A DNA stretch of 64,000 bases from Escherichia phage rV5_ev158, in the sequence record LR694611; one strand, written 5' to 3'. Under the pieces are notes generated by a model. The model was given only the letters and a program-made list of their open reading frames with translations. It was not told the origin of the DNA and searched no databases. Positions 55,960 to 64,000 of this stretch are shown one piece after another; position 1 is the first letter of the stretch; the number at the start of each line of letters is the position of its first letter. The translations under genes and the position numbers were made by a program.

Positions 55960-56153
55960 GGGAACACTTTGAGGATTGAATCTTTACTTGGCTCGGAAGT
56001 TCTTTTTCCGTATGGTAGGTAGAAATACCCTCCTGCAGATTCGAATATAGCTCCTTCGGTTGTATCTACCACAGCAAGAATTAAGATTTTAGTCTCCACA
56101 GTGCTCTCCTCTCTTAGTTGTCGTGGAAACTATATCACCTCAGAAGATGGTCG

Positions 56154-56693
56154 TCAACACTTTTTGTACTCCACCACGACAATATCTATGTCGAAAGTGG
56201 CAAGTTTAATAACGTCCTCTACGTGTTCCCACTTCAAACCGCCTATGCCGCACCCGATCTTAGGGATGTAGAATGGTAAAGTCGATCCGCTAAATACTTC
56301 ATTGACTAGCTCAAAGCCTTTCAGGATTGAGAAATACTCAGCATTAGGTCCTGGGTAGAACTGGGTATATAGATTGATTCCGTAGACAATACCTATCGGA
56401 GATAAGTGCTCCCATCGGGAGAACGCACCCAGTTTACTTAGGCAACCGTATCTAGTCTCTTTGTCGGCTGACAGTGCTTGAGGAAACTCACGGGCAATCT
56501 GTTTTGCTATACCCTTGCCCATTGTGTGGAAGCAGTTACAACCGTGGATCAGGTGACCAGCACCGCTCTTAAAAAGGGAGATTAAATCTCCCTCTACAGT
56601 ATCAATAATCACGGTAGGCCAGCTCCTCTTCCGCAATTTCAAAAAACTCAGTCCAGCACTGTGGCATATTGGAGTTACCGAAGTGGCTTTCAT
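56154..56693 (-). CDS. macro domain protein, TARG1/DarG-like ADP-ribosyl hydrolase (putative)
   Basis: GDLISLFKSGAGHLIHGCNCFHTMGKGIA and IPKIGCGIGGLKWEHV align with human TARG1 ([43 protein letters not shown]) as recalled; start may be the GTG at ~56612. Confidence 0.75.
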   Translation of the reverse strand: MKATSVTPICHSAGLSFLKLRKRSWPTVIIDTVEGDLISLFKSGAGHLIHGCNCFHTMGKGIAKQIAREFPQALSADKETRYGCLSKLGAFSRWEHLSPIGIVYGINLYTQFYPGPNAEYFSILKGFELVNEVFSGSTLPFYIPKIGCGIGGLKWEHVEDVIKLATFDIDIVVVEYKKC

Positions 56694-57027
56694 AGTAAAG
56701 GTTCTTACCGCTAGGAAGGTAGAAATCTGTTACCTCATAAAATCCACAATCGTCGCACTCACCTTCTTCAAACTTGGCCTTAACCTTAATACCGAGGAAG
56801 GTGAAAAGTTTATGGACATCTTCAGTTTCGAACTCCCAGGGAATGTTGTTTTCCGCATCGGTGTAGAACTGGATCAGCAGACCATTGTCCAGTTTACCAA
56901 AATACTCTGTGAAGTAACTTCCTTCCCAGAAATCTTTATGACAAATAATATCCATGCGTTTGCCCATAATAATGGTGTGAGCGTTTTGGGCATCGTCACG
57001 AATCAGTTTTGGCATTTCATAGATCAT
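56602..57027 (-). CDS. hypothetical protein
   Basis: stop overlaps the macro-domain gene. Confidence 0.5.
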   Translation of the reverse strand: MIYEMPKLIRDDAQNAHTIIMGKRMDIICHKDFWEGSYFTEYFGKLDNGLLIQFYTDAENNIPWEFETEDVHKLFTFLGIKVKAKFEEGECDDCGFYEVTDFYLPSGKNLYYESHFGNSNMPQCWTEFFEIAEEELAYRDY

Positions 57028-57095
57028 CTTAGTTCTCCGGGTTCAACAGGTGGTGGTGCTACAGGAAGATCATAAAACATGGCTATCACAGTCTC

Positions 57096-57293
57096 TTACA
57101 CAGGAATTGCTTCAAACAGGCCGTTATCTATACCGTCCTTCAGATAGAGATTATATTCTATGTCGGTATCTGTATAAAGGGCAGCATCCAGCATTCTATC
57201 TGTGAGTCCATCCATTGGGTGGAGAAACCACCACCCACGCCAGTCAAAGTAACAGCCTGGTGCATCTTCTCTTACACGGATTCGATAAATCAT
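57096..57293 (-). CDS. hypothetical protein
   Basis: minus-strand ORF. Confidence 0.4.
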   Translation of the reverse strand: MIYRIRVREDAPGCYFDWRGWWFLHPMDGLTDRMLDAALYTDTDIEYNLYLKDGIDNGLFEAIPV

Positions 57294-57389
57294 GGGCAGT
57301 GGCCTCCTGTTAGTTATACATCCCAGTTTTCTTCGTTCATCACGTCCTCCCGTTCTATGAAGTTATAATTGCACACCTTTCCACCTGTG

Positions 57390-57806
57390 TCAACAGAAAA
57401 CTTCAACAAACTCTTCCACAGTTTTAATGTCGTGGGAAAAAGGTTTACGGCTATAACGGGCAATAGCACTATCAACCACCACCCGGTACTCCAAATCTTC
57501 AGAATATTTCATGAAGCATTGCAGCGTCTCTGGGCAGATAGCTAAATAGCTCCACCACCCTTCTTCAGATTGGTAGTCGAATCCCATACTCTCCAACCAT
57601 GAAGCATATACGCCTGCACCCTCAAGCCAGTGAGTATTTTCATCCAGAAACTTGTTAATAGACATGTGAGCTTCTAAGCATTTATCCAGCTCTTTTCCGT
57701 TAACCAGCCACGCACTGACCGTGGCGCATCCAAAGTCTACAGATTGAGTTGACAGGTTGTATTGGTCATAGTTCTCAGGTTTAACAATGATATCTTCTAA
57801 TGTCAT
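57390..57806 (-). CDS. hypothetical protein
   Basis: minus-strand ORF. Confidence 0.5.
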   Translation of the reverse strand: MTLEDIIVKPENYDQYNLSTQSVDFGCATVSAWLVNGKELDKCLEAHMSINKFLDENTHWLEGAGVYASWLESMGFDYQSEEGWWSYLAICPETLQCFMKYSEDLEYRVVVDSAIARYSRKPFSHDIKTVEEFVEVFC

Positions 57807-57867
57807 TTTCAGATCTCCTTATACAAAAATGCCCCACCCTTTCGGGCAGGGCTATGTTAACTAGGTG

Positions 57868-58491
57868 CTAAAAGTATTCGTAGAGGTATCCATCGGGGGC
57901 TGGAATTTTTTCATGAATGTAGTAATCAACACATATTCCGGTTTCTCTTCTACAAGAATTGTGGGATACCCATTCTTTAAGAACGTTTCCATTCATGTCC
58001 AGCCTTCTTACATTTTTACACCGTCTACCGCTGGTGCTTCTATGCAACAGAATATCCTCCGTCTGCTTGTCTTTATTTTCTCCCCAGGTAGTTAAACGGA
58101 TATTATCAAAAGAGTACCCTTTGAAATCATCTATCCTGTCACAAGAAGGCTTTTTCCTTTTGTCGTATCCGCTGGCTACCCACTGATCATACAACTCTTT
58201 GTAACCGTTCAGGTATAGCCACTCCTTAAACTCTTTTTTGGTGTAAGTCGGAGGAGGGTGGCCTCTTTGCTTGCTGTTGCACTTTTGAGCCTTGTACAGC
58301 ACGCGTATTACACCTTTTTCTGAAGAGTCGTGGGAAAATTGGTCAGCCTCCTTGCTGGCCTTCTTGCAACACTCTTTGCACTTATTAAGATGACCGTCAG
58401 ACATCTTTGGGTGTTTGTAGAACTCGGAGAGGTTTTTCACCTCTCCGCACTTTATGCACCTCTTACAATGCGTGGATTCTGCTTTTGCCAT
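57868..58491 (-). CDS. putative homing endonuclease-like protein (N-terminal zinc ribbon)
   Basis: CKRCIKCGEVKNLSEFYKH...CKEC N-terminus typical of phage mobile endonuclease-associated zinc ribbons; catalytic motif not securely identified. Confidence 0.4.
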   Translation of the reverse strand: MAKAESTHCKRCIKCGEVKNLSEFYKHPKMSDGHLNKCKECCKKASKEADQFSHDSSEKGVIRVLYKAQKCNSKQRGHPPPTYTKKEFKEWLYLNGYKELYDQWVASGYDKRKKPSCDRIDDFKGYSFDNIRLTTWGENKDKQTEDILLHRSTSGRRCKNVRRLDMNGNVLKEWVSHNSCRRETGICVDYYIHEKIPAPDGYLYEYF

Positions 58492-59734
58492 ATTGCAAAC
58501 CTACCGGAGCGAAAGGTATGTCATCACAGAAGTCATACTGCGCCGGATTCTGACCCATCGGGTCATCTTCCTCATCATTTACAGGAGGAGCGTCTACAGT
58601 GTTTTGCTGTGGAGCTGCTTCCTGTTTGGCAGCCTGAGGTTCTTGATGGTCAGTTGACCCAGCACCGTTCTTGATCCAATCGTACAACGGCTCAGCCAGA
58701 TTAGTCAAGACATCTTTTGCTTCTGCAGTAATTGCCGCTGCAAAATCATCAACTTTCGTTTTCTTGTCAATACGGCGACAAGCGTTCAACACCGCATTAC
58801 CGACACTGGCACCTACTTCATCTTCAGTTCGGTTGGTGGCTTGAGCATACTCTTTCTTAAGCTCAATGGTGACTACGTGCAGTGTTTTAGCCACACCTAG
58901 TGGGTCGTCTACCTTAAACCCGCGATCCAGGATGATTTGCAACGCATTGATGCTATGTCCCGTCTCCACACCAATAGGGTCGTAAGAGGATTTACGCTTG
59001 CCACCAGAGCCTTGAGTGCCGTTCTCTGCCTTAGGTGGATAGGCTTTGAAACCGCTGATAATGTTTCCGGTGTCTTTGTCAACAATGGCTGCAACACGAC
59101 CACCTACCACCAGGTCTTTAAGCTGCTCATCAGTAACAACCATGGCACCTTCGCCAATCTTGTGGTCATTAACAGTAACCACGTTGCCAACAATCTGAGT
59201 CACATCGCCATAGATGCGTAAAACGTCCTGATTGGCATTCTGCTGAGGTTTCTGCTTCTGGCCTTGTGATTGTGCACCTTGTTGCTGTTTTTGCTGCTGA
59301 GTCGCTGCTGGAGCCTCTCCTGCACCCAGCTTGACCATCTTAGCCAGTGAGCCTTTGTAATAGGTCTTACCGTTATGCTCGTTTGCCTTCAAAGGGATAT
59401 TTACGATCCATCCCGGCGTTACGGTTTCCCACTTGTCATCAATTTTAACAGAGACAGAGTCTTGATGACCAGGTTTAAGCAGCTTATCACCCATACTGAT
59501 CCAAACTTCTTCACCACCTTGAAGCAGGTTATCAGAGGAATCCAGTTCAGAAATCAGTAAAGAGATGGTGTGGCTGGATTCAATTTTCTTACCTTGCCAC
59601 ACAGTGGTTTTAATACCTGTTGTAGGATCAGCACCTTTGATAGGTTTGATGCTGACACGTTTAATCATGCCGTGAGCCAGTAAAACAGTTTCACGCGGAT
59701 TCATCGGGTTAGCGAATTGTTGAATAACGCTCAT
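58463..59734 (-). CDS. putative ssDNA-binding protein-like
   Basis: Gln-rich linker and acidic DFCDDIPF near the C-terminus resembling the SSB DDDIPF tip, but followed by 15 more residues. Confidence 0.4.
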   Translation of the reverse strand: MSVIQQFANPMNPRETVLLAHGMIKRVSIKPIKGADPTTGIKTTVWQGKKIESSHTISLLISELDSSDNLLQGGEEVWISMGDKLLKPGHQDSVSVKIDDKWETVTPGWIVNIPLKANEHNGKTYYKGSLAKMVKLGAGEAPAATQQQKQQQGAQSQGQKQKPQQNANQDVLRIYGDVTQIVGNVVTVNDHKIGEGAMVVTDEQLKDLVVGGRVAAIVDKDTGNIISGFKAYPPKAENGTQGSGGKRKSSYDPIGVETGHSINALQIILDRGFKVDDPLGVAKTLHVVTIELKKEYAQATNRTEDEVGASVGNAVLNACRRIDKKTKVDDFAAAITAEAKDVLTNLAEPLYDWIKNGAGSTDHQEPQAAKQEAAPQQNTVDAPPVNDEEDDPMGQNPAQYDFCDDIPFAPVGLQYGKSRIHAL

Positions 59735-60099
59735 TATTTGTCTCCTTGTTCTTCGTTAGTGTTCGCCGTGTGTGCAAACCCTGCCTGAATTAATTTGTCC
59801 TGAACTTGAGCCAACAGGCCCATTGCAAAACTTGTGGTCCCAGAGAGAGCCATCAGCATATCTCGTTGTTGAGCTACCCAACCTAAGGCATAGTCCAAAC
59901 GACGATATTTTTCTTCTTCGCGCAGAGCCTGAAATAATTGTTCAGCCTCCGGTTGTTGTGTGAGCTCCTGAAGTCTTCCCATGAAAGAAGAAAGCACTAG
60001 CAAAAGAGACACTTGATCTTTACTTAACCCTAAGAAAAATTCTTGAGGTTGTTCTTGCTCGTTCATCGCAACCGACGCTTGATCGTTCATTTGTTCCAT
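59734..60099 (-). CDS. hypothetical protein
   Basis: ATGA-type coupling to downstream gene. Confidence 0.5.
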   Translation of the reverse strand: MEQMNDQASVAMNEQEQPQEFFLGLSKDQVSLLLVLSSFMGRLQELTQQPEAEQLFQALREEEKYRRLDYALGWVAQQRDMLMALSGTTSFAMGLLAQVQDKLIQAGFAHTANTNEEQGDK

Positions 60100-60182
60100 T
60101 ATGGAATCTCCGATTTTATTTGAACAACATAGAAGGAGACACTATTTTAGCATCCCCTTCTGTAAATTACAATAGGTATTTG

Positions 60183-60428
60183 TTAGCCAATCACTTCAAA
60201 AGTTCCCCAATTCCCGTCCAGCAGGCAGGTGATCGGATCCCCATCGTCGTCAAAGATTTCAAAGTTTTCAGCATCCAGGATGTGGCCCTCGAACACAATA
60301 CTTTCGTCGCCACCACCAGAAATAACAGCGTATTCCTTACCTTGAGTCAAGTTTTGACACCCTTTGCCACCAAAACCTACTTCCACACAACGTACTTTCT
60401 GTCCTGCGCGAGCAACTACTTCAGCCAT
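60183..60428 (-). CDS. hypothetical protein
   Basis: minus-strand ORF. Confidence 0.45.
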   Translation of the reverse strand: MAEVVARAGQKVRCVEVGFGGKGCQNLTQGKEYAVISGGGDESIVFEGHILDAENFEIFDDDGDPITCLLDGNWGTFEVIG

Positions 60429-60445
60429 CTTAAGGTCTCCTGATA

Positions 60446-60766
60446 TTAATCGTCAAGTTCAAAATAGATTTTAACAGCTTCATCAAAGATTGGGATCCCG
60501 ATGTTGTTGATAAGCTGCCAAACTACCATATCTTTACCTGGGTCTGGGAGAATGTCAACCTTCCTCCATGCGCTGTATATCCAGTTTGGACCACCTTCTG
60601 CACTAACTGGCAGATTTTCACCAGCCTCCTGCAGATACTTATACAGCAAAAGATATTCTGGATACTCTAGAACACTGTCCTCTGTAGTATATAGCAGTTC
60701 ACGGTATACTTTTAAGAACCCTGCTGGGGTAATGTTTTCAGTCTTCATTTGCCGCTTCTCCTGCAT
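60446..60766 (-). CDS. hypothetical protein
   Basis: minus-strand ORF. Confidence 0.45.
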   Translation of the reverse strand: MQEKRQMKTENITPAGFLKVYRELLYTTEDSVLEYPEYLLLYKYLQEAGENLPVSAEGGPNWIYSAWRKVDILPDPGKDMVVWQLINNIGIPIFDEAVKIYFELDD

Positions 60767-61127
60767 TCATCAGGTCTGCCATGGCGTCACCCACGAAGAG
60801 AACAACCACATCGTTGACAGCGTCAGCATCATCTTTGTTGACGTTGCTGAATTTAGGACACACAGCGATGATCATATAGACACCGTTACCAACCTGGACT
60901 GTCCGTGTGGTGCACATCATGGCGGTATTTGTGCCTTCTTTGAAGGCGAAGCCTTGAAGACGCTCCTCTAAAGTGTTACCGGTAGATTTCAGAAGCGCCA
61001 GCTCGTCCAAGGCATAGATGATATCTCCGGAAGTTAGTGTTGCCTTGCCATCAGACACCATAATCACTCCATCAGCACCGTCAAGCTTAGAGGCTTCAAA
61101 GATATCAATATCCCAAATATTTTTCAT
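60738..61127 (-). CDS. hypothetical protein
   Basis: minus-strand ORF. Confidence 0.45.
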   Translation of the reverse strand: MKNIWDIDIFEASKLDGADGVIMVSDGKATLTSGDIIYALDELALLKSTGNTLEERLQGFAFKEGTNTAMMCTTRTVQVGNGVYMIIAVCPKFSNVNKDDADAVNDVVVLFVGDAMADLMNAGEAANED

Positions 61128-61459
61128 TACGCTTCCTCGTCGTCTAAGTAATCATCAAGAGAGGTGAAGATTTCACCGAAGTATTCTAAGATTTCTAGCT
61201 CACGTGTGGTGCAGCAAACATAATCGCCTTGGTCGTCCTTAATAGTGGCCTCTTTACCCAGAACATCTACTTCAAATTCATCGTTCAGCAGGACGGCCCC
61301 TGTGTAAACTTTGTCAGCTGTGCAGTCCCGAAAAGCAGAGTCCTTTTCCAGATAGTCTGGCTTAACCTTGGCTTTAATTCGTTGATATTGTTTGGTCATT
61401 GCTGTGGTCCCCTTTCGTTTTGATAGGGCCATTATATTAGGCCCCATCACTGTTGTCAA
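61127..61459 (-). CDS. hypothetical protein, paralogue of the 61463..61717 product
   Basis: shared AFRDCT/AFKDCT and DDQGDYVCCTTRE/DDEGDSVWCTVNE segments. Confidence 0.45.
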   Translation of the reverse strand: MTTVMGPNIMALSKRKGTTAMTKQYQRIKAKVKPDYLEKDSAFRDCTADKVYTGAVLLNDEFEVDVLGKEATIKDDQGDYVCCTTRELEILEYFGEIFTSLDDYLDDEEA

Positions 61460-61462
61460 GTA

Positions 61463-61717
61463 TTAATGTTCAGGTTTTACAAAAACTACTTCATTAACAG
61501 TGCACCAGACAGAGTCTCCTTCGTCATCTTTAAAGGTAAGGCACTGTGCTGAGTTTTCCAGCTCATCAATCTCTTCTTGTGATAAAGGGGCCCCTTCTTC
61601 CAGAAGGGCTTTTACCAGAGGGTTCTCACAAAACTCTGCTTCATAAATTGCACCGACTGTGCAGTCTTTAAAAGCTCGGTCATTTGCAACGCATTCTGGC
61701 TTCAAAGTAATTTTCAT
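61463..61717 (-). CDS. hypothetical protein, paralogue of the 61127..61459 product
   Basis: see paired ORF. Confidence 0.45.
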   Translation of the reverse strand: MKITLKPECVANDRAFKDCTVGAIYEAEFCENPLVKALLEEGAPLSQEEIDELENSAQCLTFKDDEGDSVWCTVNEVVFVKPEH

Positions 61718-61794
61718 CTTGGCAGTCTCCTTAGTTATTTAAAAAATCAACGCTTTGTTTGTGTGAAGCATCTTATATCTAATCTGACTTCTTG

Positions 61795-62166
61795 TCAATG
61801 GCTATTTTCAATCAGCCACACAGGGTCTAGGTAGATTTGTTGACGTCTTGCCCAATGACAAACTTCATTATACATCTGAATCTCTTTGTCTGTCAATTCA
61901 CGAATAGGCTCATCTATACCCTCATTTTTGTGGTAATCCCATTCTGCGTCTATCTCCCACAGCCATGACTTGTTGTCACCACGCTTACGCACACAGAAGT
62001 CACCAGGGCGGCCTGCCAATGCATTTAAGAACTCGTTCTCCGCTCGCTCCTGGAGAATACTAAGGAGCAAAACGTTGGAACATGACCGTAAAATATGCTT
62101 CAGCTCGCAGTCATCGATCTCAACTTCGATACGTTGTTTGACTGTGTGAGTACCTTTTACTAACAT
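61795..62166 (-). CDS. hypothetical protein
   Basis: start set at ATG (MLVKGTHT) after GAGGAGG RBS; in frame with ORF 61795..62193. Confidence 0.45.
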   Translation of the reverse strand: MLVKGTHTVKQRIEVEIDDCELKHILRSCSNVLLLSILQERAENEFLNALAGRPGDFCVRKRGDNKSWLWEIDAEWDYHKNEGIDEPIRELTDKEIQMYNEVCHWARRQQIYLDPVWLIENSH

Positions 62167-62176
62167 TCTACCTCCT

Positions 62177-62371
62177 CTAAACAAACTCTGCAAGGGTTGT
62201 GTTGTTCACTGCACCACAGTAAATGGAGTATCCCAGCCCATTAGGGTGCAGAAACCACGGCGTGCCGAAATTATCTTTCACGTAGACATCGCCGTTGCTT
62301 GTAAAGGGCCAATATTCTTCACCAAGGGTGAAATACCTACTCATACCCTCAGCCAGATACTTTACTTTCAT
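62177..62371 (-). CDS. hypothetical protein
   Basis: minus-strand ORF. Confidence 0.4.
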   Translation of the reverse strand: MKVKYLAEGMSRYFTLGEEYWPFTSNGDVYVKDNFGTPWFLHPNGLGYSIYCGAVNNTTLAEFV

Positions 62372-62595
62372 AGGTCCTCTTCAACAGCTACAAACTTGGC
62401 AAGCAGGGTGGTTCCGTAGATATGATACTCACCGTTTGCCAGATGGGAGATAAACCAGGCAATCCCTTCCTCGTCTTTAATCATCTTGTTTGCACGAGCT
62501 TTATCGTAATAAACCTCGTAGGTCTTTCCTTCTTTAAAGAATGACAGGTCTGTCATCTTTTCTTCTACAAAGGTAGCTTTAACCAAAGTCGTCAT
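62368..62595 (-). CDS. hypothetical protein
   Basis: coupled minus-strand ORF. Confidence 0.4.
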   Translation of the reverse strand: MTTLVKATFVEEKMTDLSFFKEGKTYEVYYDKARANKMIKDEEGIAWFISHLANGEYHIYGTTLLAKFVAVEEDL

Positions 62596-62909
62596 TGATC
62601 AGTCTCCTTCTTGTTAAGTCTGAATACTGCAATAATAGCATTCCCAAGGTGCAGTGTCAAATCATTTCCAAGATACCACAGCATTCCACGGTCATCTTTG
62701 ATGAAAGGGTAGCAATTTGGTGCCTTCTCTTTAATGAAAGGGTGACAATCTGGTGCCTTCCAGACATTGTACACTTTCCCAACCTGAAAGAAATCAGGCC
62801 CTGTTGGGATTTTAGTGCCTGGCCACACTTGAGATACCTGAACACACTCCACCTGCATAATAACAGGGATAGTCATGGATGTAAATGTTTTTGTTGGTTC
62901 TACTACCAT
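62592..62909 (-). CDS. hypothetical protein
   Basis: start set at ATG (MVVEPTK) after AAGAGGAG RBS; in frame with ORF 62592..62999. Confidence 0.4.
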   Translation of the reverse strand: MVVEPTKTFTSMTIPVIMQVECVQVSQVWPGTKIPTGPDFFQVGKVYNVWKAPDCHPFIKEKAPNCYPFIKDDRGMLWYLGNDLTLHLGNAIIAVFRLNKKETDQ

Positions 62910-62958
62910 AAAAGTCTCCTCTTTGCTCAACAACACTTCCATGTGTTGATAGTTTACA

Positions 62959-64000
62959 TTAGTGACAATCACCCCAATTACGACCACACAGGTATTCACC
63001 TGTGATCTGGAACGGGACGCCCATCATTTTAGAAGCTTGCCAGAAGCAATGCACCACCATTTCACCCACAGGGCTCCAGATAAGTTCAAGCTTTCCGTCA
63101 TCGTTCAGGATAGGATCGTACACCGTGTTTCCGTCTCTGTCAACCACTTCGTTTCCGTCCTCATCCTTGCGTGCCTTTTTGTACTTATGACCGTCGAACA
63201 CATGAAGTTTGGCCTCCTGCTCTGCCTTAAATGCTTCCAGTTCTTCGATTGTGTCGAAGGTGTACACAGTCTTATACTTCGGTGTGTCAGGGACTTGAAG
63301 CTGATATTCGTCATGGTAATAGATAATACGACGAACACCTTCATCGTACCACCCACGCTTCACCATTTGATGGTGCATGAGTATCCCAACTAAGTCACAC
63401 AACGATGCGCCGCCATTTTGTTGGTATGCATTAAGTAAAGAGTGTTTAGATCGGGTCCAGATAGCATGACCATCAAAAGAGTAGATAAACTTCTTACCCG
63501 TTGCTTCCCAGAATTTCTCCAGATCTTCTTTACGCCCCTTAAGACCAGGGTTGGCATCCCAGAGTGCATCGATTACCCTTTGTCCCAACTCTGGAGAGAT
63601 GTCCAGCATATCTGCAACTTTATCTTTTTGTGCCCCATACATAACCCCATACGTGATAGGTTTACCGTCGTTACGAGACACCTCTCTACCTGCTACTTTT
63701 GTATATGCCTCAGCATTGTTTTGGTGTGCGTCCCCGTTACTTACAACATCGTAATACAGGCCGTTGTCGAACTCAAAGGCACCCCAAGCCCCGATAAGCT
63801 GCTCTAAGTTGGACCCGTCAATACCGATCTCAAAGTATCCTGGAGGAACACCCCACAGACTACGCATCTCTTTACCCATAACCACTTTAGGAGATGGTTT
63901 AGGCATGTTTGCACAAATACTGTGTTTCTGTCGGGAAGTGTTTGTTAATCCAGAACTTTTAGCAGGAAGCTTATGGTCAATCTTCAAACGTGGGTGATTA
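62959..64000 (-). CDS. family A DNA polymerase, C-terminal palm/fingers portion (gene runs off the window end)
   Basis: motif A IGIDGSNLEQL, motif B RNDGKPITYGVMYG, motif C YYHDEYQLQV; frame stays open to position 64000. Confidence 0.8.
   Translation of the reverse strand, partial: NHPRLKIDHKLPAKSSGLTNTSRQKHSICANMPKPSPKVVMGKEMRSLWGVPPGYFEIGIDGSNLEQLIGAWGAFEFDNGLYYDVVSNGDAHQNNAEAYTKVAGREVSRNDGKPITYGVMYGAQKDKVADMLDISPELGQRVIDALWDANPGLKGRKEDLEKFWEATGKKFIYSFDGHAIWTRSKHSLLNAYQQNGGASLCDLVGILMHHQMVKRGWYDEGVRRIIYYHDEYQLQVPDTPKYKTVYTFDTIEELEAFKAEQEAKLHVFDGHKYKKARKDEDGNEVVDRDGNTVYDPILNDDGKLELIWSPVGEMVVHCFWQASKMMGVPFQITGEYLCGRNWGDCH

Overview
The window reads as a contiguous piece of a large virulent tailed-phage genome: AT-rich, tightly packed short genes, sigma70-type TTGACA-N17-TATAAT promoters and GC hairpin terminators. 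Layout: (1) a short minus-strand block at the left edge (partial gene, HTH protein, metallophosphatase, P-loop polynucleotide kinase) next to a four-palindrome array; (2) a long plus-strand block (2.5-40.1 kb) with RNA ligase, Sir2-family and MazG-like enzymes, ATP-dependent DNA ligase, lambda R-type endolysin, HNH endonuclease, FEN/RNase H-like nuclease, two junction resolvase-like genes, DnaQ-like exonuclease, two DNA adenine methyltransferases, dNMP kinase, HAD nucleotidase, ThyX, class I (NrdAB plus glutaredoxin) and class III (NrdDG) ribonucleotide reductases, PhoH, ClpP-like protease and an expanded family of small acidic paralogous proteins; (3) a 2.5-kb ORF-free, repeat- and palindrome-rich convergence region (40.1-42.6 kb); (4) a minus-strand block (42.6-64 kb) of many small genes, a second ORF-free repeat region (53.3-54.3 kb), a TARG1/DarG-like macro domain protein, an SSB-like protein and the 3' part of a family A DNA polymerase running off the window. 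No rRNA, tRNA, CRISPR array, integrase or transposase was recognised. The strongest candidates for something new are the macro domain gene, the RNA-repair/Sir2/MazG cluster, the small-protein paralogue expansion and the two repeat-rich non-coding regions. All calls come from reading the sequence and ORF translations; no database search or folding was run. Coordinates of features not in the ORF track are approximate (about +/-2 nt).
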